From positions 4,471 through 68,470 of the forward strand of contig JBGCDP010000222.1 of the NCBI GenBank assembly GCA_045105475.1: DNA of 64,000 nt, in the 5' to 3' direction. A program made the translations under genes and the position numbers. The DNA is from Anaerolineae bacterium. GTDB taxonomy: Bacteria; Chloroflexota; Anaerolineae; Promineifilales; Promineifilaceae. Of the stretch, positions 46,448 through 56,112 are shown piece by piece (the first letter of the stretch is position 1; every line of letters starts with the position of its first letter). The notes beneath the pieces were generated by a model. The model was not told the origin of the DNA. It searched no databases and saw only the letters and a program-made list of their open reading frames with translations.

Positions 46448-47330
46448 ATTTTAATACGCCGCGTAGACGTAGGGTTTGAAGCACAAGCTGATCCCAAGGC
46501 TGGTCTGTAATAACGGGTATGTAGTGTGCTCCCCGGCCGCCTAAATATTCACTATTCTCAGCCTGCCAAGCAATCACACGCTCACGATATTCACGCAAGG
46601 TCGTTGCATCAAGGGTCACTTCTGACTCCGCCCCAGTTTCAGCATCGATGAGCTTAAAATCACCGTCAAGTGGTGGTTCTATCTCGTCAGGGCTTAGCAA
46701 GTGAATGACGCCAACTTCATAGCCACGGCTCTGAATCGCAGATAAACCATCCTGATATCCAGCCGGTGACATTAAATCGGTCAACACAAAAAGAAGCCCC
46801 GGCCGACGGCCGCGTAAAGCATATTCGCTTAAAGACAGATTGAGCTCCGTCATACCGACCGCTTCGGCCGATCCCTCTAAAAAGTTGAATAAACGCAGAC
46901 TGTTTTGCTGGCCACGATATGGCCCCCAAGCACGGTTCGCATCACTACGTAATAGTGTAATTGTGAGCTGATCCCCGGCCGCAAGCGCCACATGTCCTAA
47001 GGCACCTGCCAGCTTAACAGCGTAATCAAACTTATTCGTTTCATCGTTAAGGGGCCAGTTCATGCTTAAACTGCCATCAATTAGGATGTGAACAGAAAGG
47101 TCTTCCTCTTCTTCAAGCAGCTTGATAAACGGTTTTTCAAGCCGTGCATAGACGTTCCAATCGAGCCTGCGTAGGTCGTCCCCTTTAACGTAATTGCGAT
47201 AGTCGGCAAACTCAATCGAGGTCCCCCGCTTGCTTGAGCGGCGATCTCCTTTCATGACACCAGCACGCACTTTGTCTGCAACAAGGGCCAGCTGTTCTAA
47301 CTTGCGGAGGGTAACTTCATCAAAAAGCAT
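46446..47330 (-). CDS. DUF58 (vWA-like) domain protein
   Basis: The signature FADYRNYVKGDDLRRLDWNVYAR is present. Confidence 0.8.
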   Translation of the reverse strand: MLFDEVTLRKLEQLALVADKVRAGVMKGDRRSSKRGTSIEFADYRNYVKGDDLRRLDWNVYARLEKPFIKLLEEEEDLSVHILIDGSLSMNWPLNDETNKFDYAVKLAGALGHVALAAGDQLTITLLRSDANRAWGPYRGQQNSLRLFNFLEGSAEAVGMTELNLSLSEYALRGRRPGLLFVLTDLMSPAGYQDGLSAIQSRGYEVGVIHLLSPDEIEPPLDGDFKLIDAETGAESEVTLDATTLREYRERVIAWQAENSEYLGGRGAHYIPVITDQPWDQLVLQTLRLRGVLK

Positions 47331-47415
47331 GGAATTAAAATTTTATGATCTGGAAGATGTGATTCACAAATGCTAAAGGATTTAAGACCATGATGCTAGC
47401 GAAATTGCCGTAAGC

Positions 47416-48048
47416 TTAAACTGGTGCATTGCCCTGATTCAGGTATTTCACAAACGGATCGTAGCTGGCGTCATCGTTCCATTCGTATTCAGACACCATT
47501 GCAGCACGTTCAGCCGCGTCCCGGCCAAACATATTTGAGATCACGCCCAAAGCCATGTCAGTCCCGGCCGATACCCCGGATGAGGTCACAAACGGTCCAT
47601 CTTCTACCCAACGGGCCGCTTCAACCCATTCAACCTTGTCGCTTTGACTGGTTGCTAGGCTAAACCACATCTTGTTTGAAGTTGCCTTTCGGCCGTCAAG
47701 CAACCCTGCTTTAGCCAGAATGGCTGACCCTGAGCAGACTGACATGGTGACCTGGGCGGCTGCAGATCGCTCGCGTAAAAAGTTGAGCATTGCTTCATTT
47801 TTTAGTTCTGGGATGGTACCAACCCCACCAGGCAATAGGATCAGATCAAGCGGTGGGCAGTCGGCAAAGCTATAGTCAGCTACCGATTTTGGCCCTTGAG
47901 CTGACTTAACAGGGCCAGCTTGTTCAGCCACCGTCACAATATTGACCAAAGGTAAAATACCGAACATCTCTAGCGGCCCATACATGTCTAACAACTCGAA
48001 GTCATTGTAGAAAATCGCCCCAAGTGTCAGTTTCTTTGTTTCGCTCAT
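47416..48048 (-). CDS. DJ-1/PfpI family protein
   Basis: The nucleophile elbow is SVCSGSAILAKAGLL. The ATG at 48048 with GAGAGG upstream is preferred to 48096. Confidence 0.85.
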   Translation of the reverse strand: MSETKKLTLGAIFYNDFELLDMYGPLEMFGILPLVNIVTVAEQAGPVKSAQGPKSVADYSFADCPPLDLILLPGGVGTIPELKNEAMLNFLRERSAAAQVTMSVCSGSAILAKAGLLDGRKATSNKMWFSLATSQSDKVEWVEAARWVEDGPFVTSSGVSAGTDMALGVISNMFGRDAAERAAMVSEYEWNDDASYDPFVKYLNQGNAPV

Positions 48049-48192
48049 TTGAACCTCTCTATATTTTTCAGAAAAGTATCTCATCAAAACTGGCAAACAC
48101 CAGTCTTTCAGATACGATAGTTATCTCACGACCTTGCCCACTTTGAAAACCTGCAAGGTCTAAAATTCAAAGCTAGCTGAAAAGGAAACGTT

Positions 48193-49029
48193 ATGCCTCA
48201 TTTTGAAACAAAACATACGGCCGAAGATGGTGAAGAGCTCTATTTACAAGCGTGGGTTCCAGATGATTTTAAGGCAGCCGTTTTAATCGTACATGGCTTA
48301 GCTGAACACAGCGGCCGGTATGCGCATGTGGCCGAGCATCTGACTCAAAATGGATATGCGGTTTATACGTTTGACGGCCGGGGACATGGCAAAAGTGCAA
48401 AAGGAACGCCTGATGCCTTTTATCCTTCTATTGATCAATACACTGAAGATGTGCATGCGCTATTTGGGAAAGTTAAAGAACATGCGGCCGGGAAACCTTG
48501 TTTCATTTTTGGCCATAGCATGGGTGGCTGTATCACCACCTATTACGAGATCACCCATCAGCCAGAAACGGCCGGAATTTTGCTCAGCGGTGCGGCTGTA
48601 GCTGTGGGTGACGACATCTCCCCATTTTTGATTCGTATTTCAAAGCTCCTAAGCCGGATTGCTCCCAAAATGGCGACAACCGTTTTAGATGGGAATTCAA
48701 TTTCGCGCGATCCAAAAGAAGTTGAAAAATATAACAACGATCCTTTAAATTATCGGGGCGGGATTCGAGCTAGAGTGGGTGCAGAAATGCTTAAAGCGAT
48801 CAACTTAATTGTTGAACAAACGTCAAAGTTCAGAAACCCAGTTCTAATTATGCACGGCACGGCCGACCGGATCGCGGCGCCGGCCGGGAGTCAAAATCTG
48901 TTTGATGGCGCTTCTTCAACCGACAAAACGCTTAAAATGTATGATGGCTTGTTTCATGAACTGGTAAATGAGCCAGAGAAAGAACAGGTGCTGGCAGACA
49001 TGACCGCATGGATGGATGCACGAGTTTAA
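48193..49029 (+). CDS. Alpha/beta hydrolase (lysophospholipase/monoacylglycerol lipase-like)
   Basis: Motifs VHGLAEHSGRY and GHSMGG, plus a C-terminal FHE motif. Confidence 0.85.
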   Translation: MPHFETKHTAEDGEELYLQAWVPDDFKAAVLIVHGLAEHSGRYAHVAEHLTQNGYAVYTFDGRGHGKSAKGTPDAFYPSIDQYTEDVHALFGKVKEHAAGKPCFIFGHSMGGCITTYYEITHQPETAGILLSGAAVAVGDDISPFLIRISKLLSRIAPKMATTVLDGNSISRDPKEVEKYNNDPLNYRGGIRARVGAEMLKAINLIVEQTSKFRNPVLIMHGTADRIAAPAGSQNLFDGASSTDKTLKMYDGLFHELVNEPEKEQVLADMTAWMDARV

Positions 49030-49152
49030 TTAAAACCTACATACCAACAGAGTCTATGCGTATGGGCGACAACATTTGCCGAAATAGTTTCGCCCTTACC
49101 CGTTTTGTCTTACGAATGTTTCGCGGTATGTAGATTCGATTCAGGATAAAAC

Positions 49153-49185
49153 AAAAAAAGGCGATACCTAGATTTAGGTATCGCC
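49153..49185 (-). terminator. Rho-independent terminator of the response-regulator gene
   Basis: On the minus strand, arms ggcgataccta / taggtatcgcc with a 4-nt loop are followed by TTTTTTT. Confidence 0.65.
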
Positions 49186-49292
49186 AGAGATATATTAGTT
49201 GTTATTGATAAAAAGGAGTTTGTGCAAGCTTTGCTTGCCTTAAGGCATTCTGCGAATGCCCGATTGTGCGATTTTACAATCGCCTTAAGGCA

Positions 49293-49985
49293 TTAAGCTG
49301 CTACGTGATCCAAACGGACCCAACCACGGCGAAGGGCATAAACGGCCGCTTGCGTACGGTCATCAACACGTAATTTCCGCAAAATCGCAGTCATGTGATT
49401 TTTAACAGTCTGATGCGAGATTCCAAGCTTATATGCGATCTCTTTATTGCTCATTCCGCCAGTAACGTGCTCCAGTATTTCGGTCTCTCGAGGTGATAAT
49501 GGAATGAACATGTCGTCAGCATCGTCAGCATGAGAGCCGGTCACTTTACCAACTTTCTCTTCGATCCAACGCATCACATCTTCGTGTGACATCGTCTTTT
49601 CACCCACAACATAGAAGCCATCTTTTACAGCTTGGATCGTTTTGATCAAAGACTCTGGCGTAACGTCTTTTGGACAATAAGCGGATGCCCCCGCCCGAAG
49701 TGCGTGGAAAACCTGTTCAACATCGTCATAGCCGGTTAGGACAATGATTTTTGTTTCTGGCATGGCAGATTTAATCCGGCGGGTAACTTGCAAGCCATTG
49801 ATGGTAGGCAAGTTAACATCCATTAGGATGACATCTGGCAATAAATCATACGCTAGCTCGATCGCTACTTCTCCATCGGCTGCTTGGCCCACAACATCAA
49901 TATCTGGACCTGTTTCGATTACATCTTTGATTCCTTGGCGGAACACTGGATGATCATCAACAATTAGTACTCTTGTTTTAGACAT
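49293..49985 (-). CDS. NarL/LuxR-family response regulator
   Basis: The REC domain has VLIVDDHP and ILMDVNLP. The LuxR HTH reads LSPRETEILEHVTGGMSNKEIAYKLGISHQTVKNH. Confidence 0.9.
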   Translation of the reverse strand: MSKTRVLIVDDHPVFRQGIKDVIETGPDIDVVGQAADGEVAIELAYDLLPDVILMDVNLPTINGLQVTRRIKSAMPETKIIVLTGYDDVEQVFHALRAGASAYCPKDVTPESLIKTIQAVKDGFYVVGEKTMSHEDVMRWIEEKVGKVTGSHADDADDMFIPLSPRETEILEHVTGGMSNKEIAYKLGISHQTVKNHMTAILRKLRVDDRTQAAVYALRRGWVRLDHVAA

Positions 49986-50414
49986 GGTATCTCCTTTCCG
50001 CTTGACCCATCAAAGATGATTGGTGATATACGGATAAATAATTTCAACAAACTTCTGCTTTTAATTTTAAATTTTATAGTTTCGCTGGTCCCATTACTTT
50101 GTGTATAAGGGAGCAGAGTCACGGTAGTACTGATTAGCAGTATACAGATATGTCAGGGGTCATGGTGCTCTGAGGGGAGTAGGCATATGGTATAGGGGTC
50201 CTAGTTGGTCTAATAATAGCCATATTGTCCTATATGATTTGGCATAAAACCGGCCGGAAATAAGCAAAGTTGTCAGATTTCTTCGGTAAAAGAGAAGGGA
50301 GTGGTGCTAAGCCATATGCCAAAGTCGGCCGCATTTTTGTTTGTTCATCACAAAAACATAGGTAAACTCACAACTGGTGTACACCAATTAAAAATCTATG
50401 CGAGGGTATCTCAA

Positions 50415-51971
50415 ATGGCAAAAAGACGTAAAGGTGGCGGCCGCGCTGCAAGACACGCACTCCGCTCTGCTGACAATAAAGACAAAAAGTCACCCGTTCA
50501 ACCGGGGTTAACTGGTGGGCAATACAAACCGCTAAAAGATGAAGACGTTGTTCGTATTCACGAAGCCGCTCTCGAAATTCTTGAAACGGTTGGCATGGGA
50601 ACCCCCATCCCTTTAATAGTAGAGCTGGCTGAAGCGCGTGGTGCCACCATGAATGACAAAGGCCGTTTGTGCTTTCCCAAAAAGCTCATGAATGAACTAA
50701 TCGATGGGGCCGCAAAATCGATTACGCTTTACGGTCGGGACCCGAAATTTGATCTTGATGTGTCAAAAGAGCGGGTCCACTTTGGGACCGGCGGAGCCGC
50801 GATTTCTGTACTCGATTTTGAATCAGGTGCTTATCGTAATTCAAACTTGGCCGACATTTATGACTTTGCCCGGCTCACCGACCAGCTAGACAACGTCCAT
50901 TGGTTCACTCGTTCGGTCATCGCGACTGAGCTGCAAGATCCGTATGAACTTGACATCAATACCGCCTATGCACTCATCGCAGGCACTAAGAAGCATATCG
51001 GTACGGCGATTACTATCCCTGAAAATGTGAAGCCGATCACCGAAATGTTTGACATTGTGGCAGGCGGACCCGGTGAGTTTGCCAAACAGCCGTTCTGTAA
51101 ACTGCATACGAGCCCGATTGTGCCTCCGTTGCGCTACGGCGTTGACGCCCAAGAAACAATAGTCGAAGCGATGAAATATGGCTGGCCAATCAATGCGATC
51201 ACGGCCGGGCAGTCAGGAGCGACTTCTCCAGCCACCTTAGCTGGAACCCTCGTCCAAACCCATGCGGAAACGCTGGCAGCGATGGCGTTTGTCAATCTTA
51301 TCGAGCCAGGCTACCCATTTATCTTTAGCAATTGGCCGTTTGTGGCTGACCTACGCACTGGGTCAATGACGGGTGGAAGTGCTGAAGGTGGGCTGCTCAG
51401 CGCGGCCGCTGCGCAGCTAGCCAACTATATCGACATGCCCAGCGGCGTGGCAGGTGGTATGCCAGACTCAAAAACGTTTGACGGTCAAGCTGGGTACGAG
51501 CGGGCTTTGCCCCATGTGATGATTGGTCTAGCCGGGGCCAATTTGGTCTATGAATCGGCCGGAATGCTGGCCGCGCTCCTCAGCTGTTCATACGAGGCGT
51601 TTGTCATCGACAACGAGATCATCGCTTCGGTCATGCGAGCGGTGCGAGGAATCGAAGTAACAGACGAGACGATGGGGGTTGATGTAATTGCGCGAACGGT
51701 GGCAGGAGCAGGCCATTATTTGGGAGCGGAACAGACAATCTCAGTGATGGAAACGGAGTACCTTTACCCAGAGTTGGGAGATCGTACATCACCATCACAG
51801 TGGGAAGAGTATGGCTCTATTGATATTTGGACCCGTGCCCGAGCCAAAGTGAAGCAGATGATGCAACAATACCCTGAGTACATAACGCCTGAGCAGGACG
51901 CTGAAATTCGGGCAAAGTTTGAATTAAAGCTGAGCCCTGAGGATGTGTCATCCAAGTCCAGCCGTTGGTAG
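50415..51971 (+). CDS. MttB-superfamily (non-pyrrolysine) methyltransferase, quaternary-amine type
   Basis: The N-terminus is basic (RRKGGGRAARHA) and continues YKPLKDEDVVRIHEAALEILETVGM. The body is MttB-like and has no in-frame TAG. GAGGG lies upstream of the ATG at 50415. Confidence 0.8.
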   Translation: MAKRRKGGGRAARHALRSADNKDKKSPVQPGLTGGQYKPLKDEDVVRIHEAALEILETVGMGTPIPLIVELAEARGATMNDKGRLCFPKKLMNELIDGAAKSITLYGRDPKFDLDVSKERVHFGTGGAAISVLDFESGAYRNSNLADIYDFARLTDQLDNVHWFTRSVIATELQDPYELDINTAYALIAGTKKHIGTAITIPENVKPITEMFDIVAGGPGEFAKQPFCKLHTSPIVPPLRYGVDAQETIVEAMKYGWPINAITAGQSGATSPATLAGTLVQTHAETLAAMAFVNLIEPGYPFIFSNWPFVADLRTGSMTGGSAEGGLLSAAAAQLANYIDMPSGVAGGMPDSKTFDGQAGYERALPHVMIGLAGANLVYESAGMLAALLSCSYEAFVIDNEIIASVMRAVRGIEVTDETMGVDVIARTVAGAGHYLGAEQTISVMETEYLYPELGDRTSPSQWEEYGSIDIWTRARAKVKQMMQQYPEYITPEQDAEIRAKFELKLSPEDVSSKSSRW

Positions 51972-51995
51972 ATGGCGTCTTGTTCGAGACGAACG

Positions 51996-52904
51996 TCAAG
52001 ACATATCCTGTCTAAATCGGCCGGGGGTTACCCCTACCTCACGTTTAAAATAACGCCCAAAGTAGGATGAATCATCAAAACCTAGACGATGTCCAACCTC
52101 AGTGGCTGTTAAATCCGTATGCTGAAATAAACGCTTGGCTTCAAGAACAACTTCCTGCCGAATAAGTTGCCCTGGTGTATATCCTGTTGTCATTTTCACC
52201 GTTTTGTTCAAATGATTGACAGATACGCTGAGCCGATTTGCAAACTCTTGAACTGACTGTCCAGAGATAACTTGTTGGGTAACAAGTTGCTTGAACTGAC
52301 GAGTCAGTTTCTGAGAATTTTTATCTTGTTTTTTTGCAGCATCAATTTCTTGAATGGCACAAATACGTTGAATTTGGACTAGCAAAATATGCAGGTATGC
52401 ACGTAATACGGATGATGTTCGAAGATCATTTGTTTTAAATTCTTCTGCAATCGTCCGATAAAGTGAAGTTATTCGTAAATGGTCGATTTCATTTAACTTG
52501 AGTATTGGGCTCCCTTCAACCGTGTGAAAAAAAGAGAGCTCATGCAAAACCATGTTATCTGCGGGAGCGAGCAATAAAAAGTCATCAGTGAAAACTAAAA
52601 TTTCTCCTTCAATCGGTACGGTTGTTTCCCAATAGTGGACCTGTCCGGGGGAAATAAAATAGAACGTGTTTGGCTCGATAGGATACGCATTAAAGTCGAT
52701 AAAGTGGGTGCCTTCACCTCCGGTTATGTACAAAACTTCATAAAAGTCGTGGCGATGTGGGAAGGTCGATTGGGTTAGCTGTGGTGCGTCAACAAAGTTC
52801 AGATATTCCAAAGGGATATCTTTATGGGTCGGCGTGAGTCCAGTTCTAAATGTATGCAGTGGAATGTCTTGATTAGAAATGAAAATTTTGCTGTTTATAT
52901 TCAT
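51996..52904 (-). CDS. AraC-family transcriptional regulator (cupin sensor plus HTH)
   Basis: An N-terminal cupin-like half and a C-terminal AraC HTH (SSYFGRYFKREVGVTPGRFR). Confidence 0.85.
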   Translation of the reverse strand: MNINSKIFISNQDIPLHTFRTGLTPTHKDIPLEYLNFVDAPQLTQSTFPHRHDFYEVLYITGGEGTHFIDFNAYPIEPNTFYFISPGQVHYWETTVPIEGEILVFTDDFLLLAPADNMVLHELSFFHTVEGSPILKLNEIDHLRITSLYRTIAEEFKTNDLRTSSVLRAYLHILLVQIQRICAIQEIDAAKKQDKNSQKLTRQFKQLVTQQVISGQSVQEFANRLSVSVNHLNKTVKMTTGYTPGQLIRQEVVLEAKRLFQHTDLTATEVGHRLGFDDSSYFGRYFKREVGVTPGRFRQDMS

Positions 52905-53121
52905 AAATCCTTTAGCCCCATCGGTTTTGTACCATCAATCCTATCACCAAACTTTCTTTATTATTCCTTTGCATTAAAAAGTACCAGAATGAAGTTTGAA
53001 AGTCCCAGCCCTCTTTTCACTAACAATATTAAGATCTGGATGTTCAATTTTTAGAGAACAACGTTTGACTTTGATTAACGAGTCAAACGACCAAATTAAT
53101 ATAAAAAAGAGGATTCAAACT

Positions 53122-54780
53122 ATGAAACGTTTTAAGTTTCTATCATTTTTAATAAGTGTCGTCAGTATGTTGGTGCTGATTGCATGTTCATCTGCAGAGC
53201 CTGAAGTGGTTGCACCGGCGACGCAGTCGGCCGAATCGAATACGGCCGAGGTTGTTGAAGAAGCCACAACCGAGACAGTATCAGAACCAACTGAGGAGCC
53301 TGTCATTGAAGAGCCTCTGGTAGAAGAGCGCACTGTCGAAACAATGATGCGTGACAGCGGCTTGATGGTCACTGTACAAAATCTTGGTGATGTGACTGTG
53401 CACAGCCTGACCGCTCCTGAAATGCTCTTTGCCAACAGCACCCACATCATTGAAACAAAAAATAGCTTGGTCTTGATCGACACGCAGTTTCTGTTGCCAA
53501 TGGCACTTGATTATCGTGCGTATGCAGACAGTCTGGATAAACTGATCGGCCGGCTGATCATTACACACGAACACCCTGACCATTTCTTAGGTAGTGAGGC
53601 ATTTGCCGATATCGACATTTATGCCTTGGCAGAAACGTCTGAACTGATTGCAGAAGTAGGCCAAGCTGAAGTAGATGAAAAACAAGCTGACTTTGGCGAT
53701 GCAATAGCGAGCACCTTTGTTGTGCCAACCGCTATCGAACCCGGAACCATTGAAATTGATGGGGTGGCTTTTGATCTTACCCTTGTTGAAAACGCTGAGG
53801 CCGACTTCCAACTTGTAGTCGGCCTGCCAGATTACGACGTGTTTGCCGTGGGTGACATCGTGTATAGCGGCGTCCATCTCATCATGGCAGGTGCCCCTCC
53901 AACTTGGATCGAGGCACTGAATGCGTTAAAGGCTGACAGCACCGACCAAACGATCGTATTGGCCGGACATGGCCTGCCCGGTAGTGCAGATTTGTATGAC
54001 GCCAACATCGCTTGGCTGGCTAAAGCGAGTGAGTTGCTTGGGACCGTTAACAATGGGGATGAGTGGAAAGCGGGTCTTATTGAAGCGTTCCCAAAACTGG
54101 GCATGGATGCTGCCATAGATTTTGTCGCACCATTTTTATTTTCATCTACTGAAGGAGGATCAACCATGGGATTAATCGAAGTAATTACTGTTGAATTAGC
54201 TGAGGGGGCTACGGCCGAAACATTTGTGCCAACTGATCAAATCATCAAAGACGAGTATGCATCTAAACAGCCTGGCTACCTCGCTCGAGAAACGGCCGTA
54301 AGTGACGCCGGCCTAGTGCGTCTTTCCGTCCATTGGGAAAGCAAAGCAGATAGTGATGCCTCAATTGCAGGGTTTGGCGAAGCACCCGGTTTGGAGGCGT
54401 TTATGGGGAACCTCAATCCTGAAACAATGGTCATCAAACAATATGAGCTTCGAAGCAGTACGTCAGGGCAAGTCACCTTCCCAGGTGCGGGTGCAACCGA
54501 AGTCATCACTGTCAAACTACTAGATGGCTCTGATGCAGATGACTTTGTCGCCGCCAATCAAGCACTGGAAGAAAGCTATATCACTAAGCAACCTGGGTTT
54601 ATTGCCCGCGAGGTAGGGGTATCTGAGGATGGCGAGTGGGTCATCATTGTCCATTGGGAAACGGCCGCAGACAGTGCCGCATCAATTGCCAAGTTTGAAG
54701 AGGCCCCCGGCGTTGAAACGTTTATGTCTTTCCTTAATTTCGAGACGATGACAAATACCGTTTACAATATTCAACAATAA
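53122..54780 (+). CDS. MBL-fold metallohydrolase lipoprotein fused to two tandem ABM-like (ferredoxin-fold) modules
   Basis: Lipobox LIAC and an acidic linker. The MBL motif is THEHPDH. Two homologous C-terminal modules of about 100 aa each begin at an internal GGAGG-ATG (54154-54168). Confidence 0.75.
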   Translation: MKRFKFLSFLISVVSMLVLIACSSAEPEVVAPATQSAESNTAEVVEEATTETVSEPTEEPVIEEPLVEERTVETMMRDSGLMVTVQNLGDVTVHSLTAPEMLFANSTHIIETKNSLVLIDTQFLLPMALDYRAYADSLDKLIGRLIITHEHPDHFLGSEAFADIDIYALAETSELIAEVGQAEVDEKQADFGDAIASTFVVPTAIEPGTIEIDGVAFDLTLVENAEADFQLVVGLPDYDVFAVGDIVYSGVHLIMAGAPPTWIEALNALKADSTDQTIVLAGHGLPGSADLYDANIAWLAKASELLGTVNNGDEWKAGLIEAFPKLGMDAAIDFVAPFLFSSTEGGSTMGLIEVITVELAEGATAETFVPTDQIIKDEYASKQPGYLARETAVSDAGLVRLSVHWESKADSDASIAGFGEAPGLEAFMGNLNPETMVIKQYELRSSTSGQVTFPGAGATEVITVKLLDGSDADDFVAANQALEESYITKQPGFIAREVGVSEDGEWVIIVHWETAADSAASIAKFEEAPGVETFMSFLNFETMTNTVYNIQQ

Positions 54781-54853
54781 ACTGCAGAGATTAATCACTC
54801 ACCGGGTTTCCGCCCCTAGTGCATAGCAAAAGCGATGAAAACCCTGCTTTTTT

Positions 54854-54893
54854 GTGAGATTAGAGAGTCTGACTCTCTAATCTCACTATTTTT
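54854..54893 (+). terminator. Rho-independent terminator/attenuator between the MBL and cupin genes
   Basis: Perfect 16-bp arms gtgagattagagagtc / gactctctaatctcac are followed by TATTTTT. Confidence 0.7.
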
Positions 54894-54906
54894 AGGAGAG
54901 AAAACA

Positions 54907-55338
54907 ATGAACTACGAAATTATTAAACCGGGCGGAGGGATTGAATGTGAATGGTCGAGCGACCACATTTTTGTTAAATCAGTCGGCAAGTTAGCAGAAG
55001 GGCGGGTTTCAATGGTCGAAGACACCATGAAACCAGGGTTTCATCTCGGCCGACACCACCACAAAAAGATGACAGAGATCTTTTACATTCTTGAGGGAGA
55101 ACTCACACTGATTTTTGATGACAAGACCATTGTCGCAACAGCCGGAACCACAGTTAATGTGCCGCCGAATGTTTGGCATGAAGCGAAAAGCGAGCAAGGT
55201 GCCAAAATGCTGAGCTTGTTTAGCCCGGCCGGTTTTGAGGATTATCTGGCGGAGATGAAAACCTTAACTGCCGAGCAGTTTGCTGATGGGGCGTTCATGA
55301 AAGCGCTGAATGAAAAATATGATATTTGGAATGAATAA
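54907..55338 (+). CDS. Cupin domain protein
   Basis: The pattern GRHHHKKMTEIFYILEGE...VPPNVWH is cupin-like. AGGAG lies upstream of the ATG at 54907. Confidence 0.7.
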   Translation: MNYEIIKPGGGIECEWSSDHIFVKSVGKLAEGRVSMVEDTMKPGFHLGRHHHKKMTEIFYILEGELTLIFDDKTIVATAGTTVNVPPNVWHEAKSEQGAKMLSLFSPAGFEDYLAEMKTLTAEQFADGAFMKALNEKYDIWNE

Positions 55339-55363
55339 ATTCGATCTTTCCAAGAGGTTCAAA

Positions 55364-56038
55364 ATGATTAAACCGGTAAAAGCGATCTTTATTCTCATAT
55401 GTGCAGGCCTCTTTTTAGTTGCCTGCACAAACACGCCCGAAGAAGCTGAAGTAGTTCAACTCATCGAAGCTGAGCCAACAATTGCATCCACGTCAACTCC
55501 TGTTGTGGTTATTGAACCGACAGAAACTGAGGAATCAACAGCAATGCCTGAACTAATCGATTTTATATTGCCCGAACGGGCTGGGTCGCGAACACAAACA
55601 AGCGGCCGAGTACCCCATGTCCAATTTGATGTGGAGCCGGTTCCGGCCGTCAATGAAGAGCTGTTCCGCCGAGCCTATCTGTTACCTGGGGTAGAAGACC
55701 GGCCGACGATCATCTCTTTGCCTGGCGGTCGGGGGATGTGGTTGGCTGATGATGTGGCTGTGGCTAATCCAGACGTGATCCTTTCCGGCCGTGAATTTGC
55801 ACACATTCACACCGATGGCAGTTTACACGCCCCTCTGCCTGTTGATCGAGCGTTAGAAGTTGCTGAAAAAGGGTGGGGTGAAATGCACCCTTGGACAGGC
55901 GAACGGCAAGGGTTCGATGGGTTTGTCATGCTCTACACACCGATATCGATGGAAGAACTTGAGATTACATTTCAACTGATCGTCGAATCTTATAACCATG
56001 TCACAGGGCAAGCGGTTCAAGCCTCAGACTTTAAATAA
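55364..56038 (+). CDS. Lipoprotein with DUF5519-like ('luciferase-family') domain
   Basis: Lipobox LVAC and an acidic/PT linker. The core FAHIHTDGSLHAPLPVDRALEV resembles DUF5519. Confidence 0.5.
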   Translation: MIKPVKAIFILICAGLFLVACTNTPEEAEVVQLIEAEPTIASTSTPVVVIEPTETEESTAMPELIDFILPERAGSRTQTSGRVPHVQFDVEPVPAVNEELFRRAYLLPGVEDRPTIISLPGGRGMWLADDVAVANPDVILSGREFAHIHTDGSLHAPLPVDRALEVAEKGWGEMHPWTGERQGFDGFVMLYTPISMEELEITFQLIVESYNHVTGQAVQASDFK

Positions 56039-56112
56039 TGCATATGATGTAGAGCACCCCTTCATTCTTGTCTAGGTTTGAAAGGCTTTGCAAAAAGGAA
56101 AATAAATTAAAA

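Noticed and set aside
49986-50414. A possible cobalamin riboswitch in the long leader of the MttB-family gene.
   Set aside because: I could not find a B12-box-like core (for example GCCACTG) or the conserved AGGGAA/GGTG arrangement with convincing pairing. I report only the loose G-rich motifs as an observation.
50415-51971. A pyrrolysine (in-frame TAG) MttB.
   Set aside because: The reading frame is uninterrupted, and no pyl genes are present in the window.
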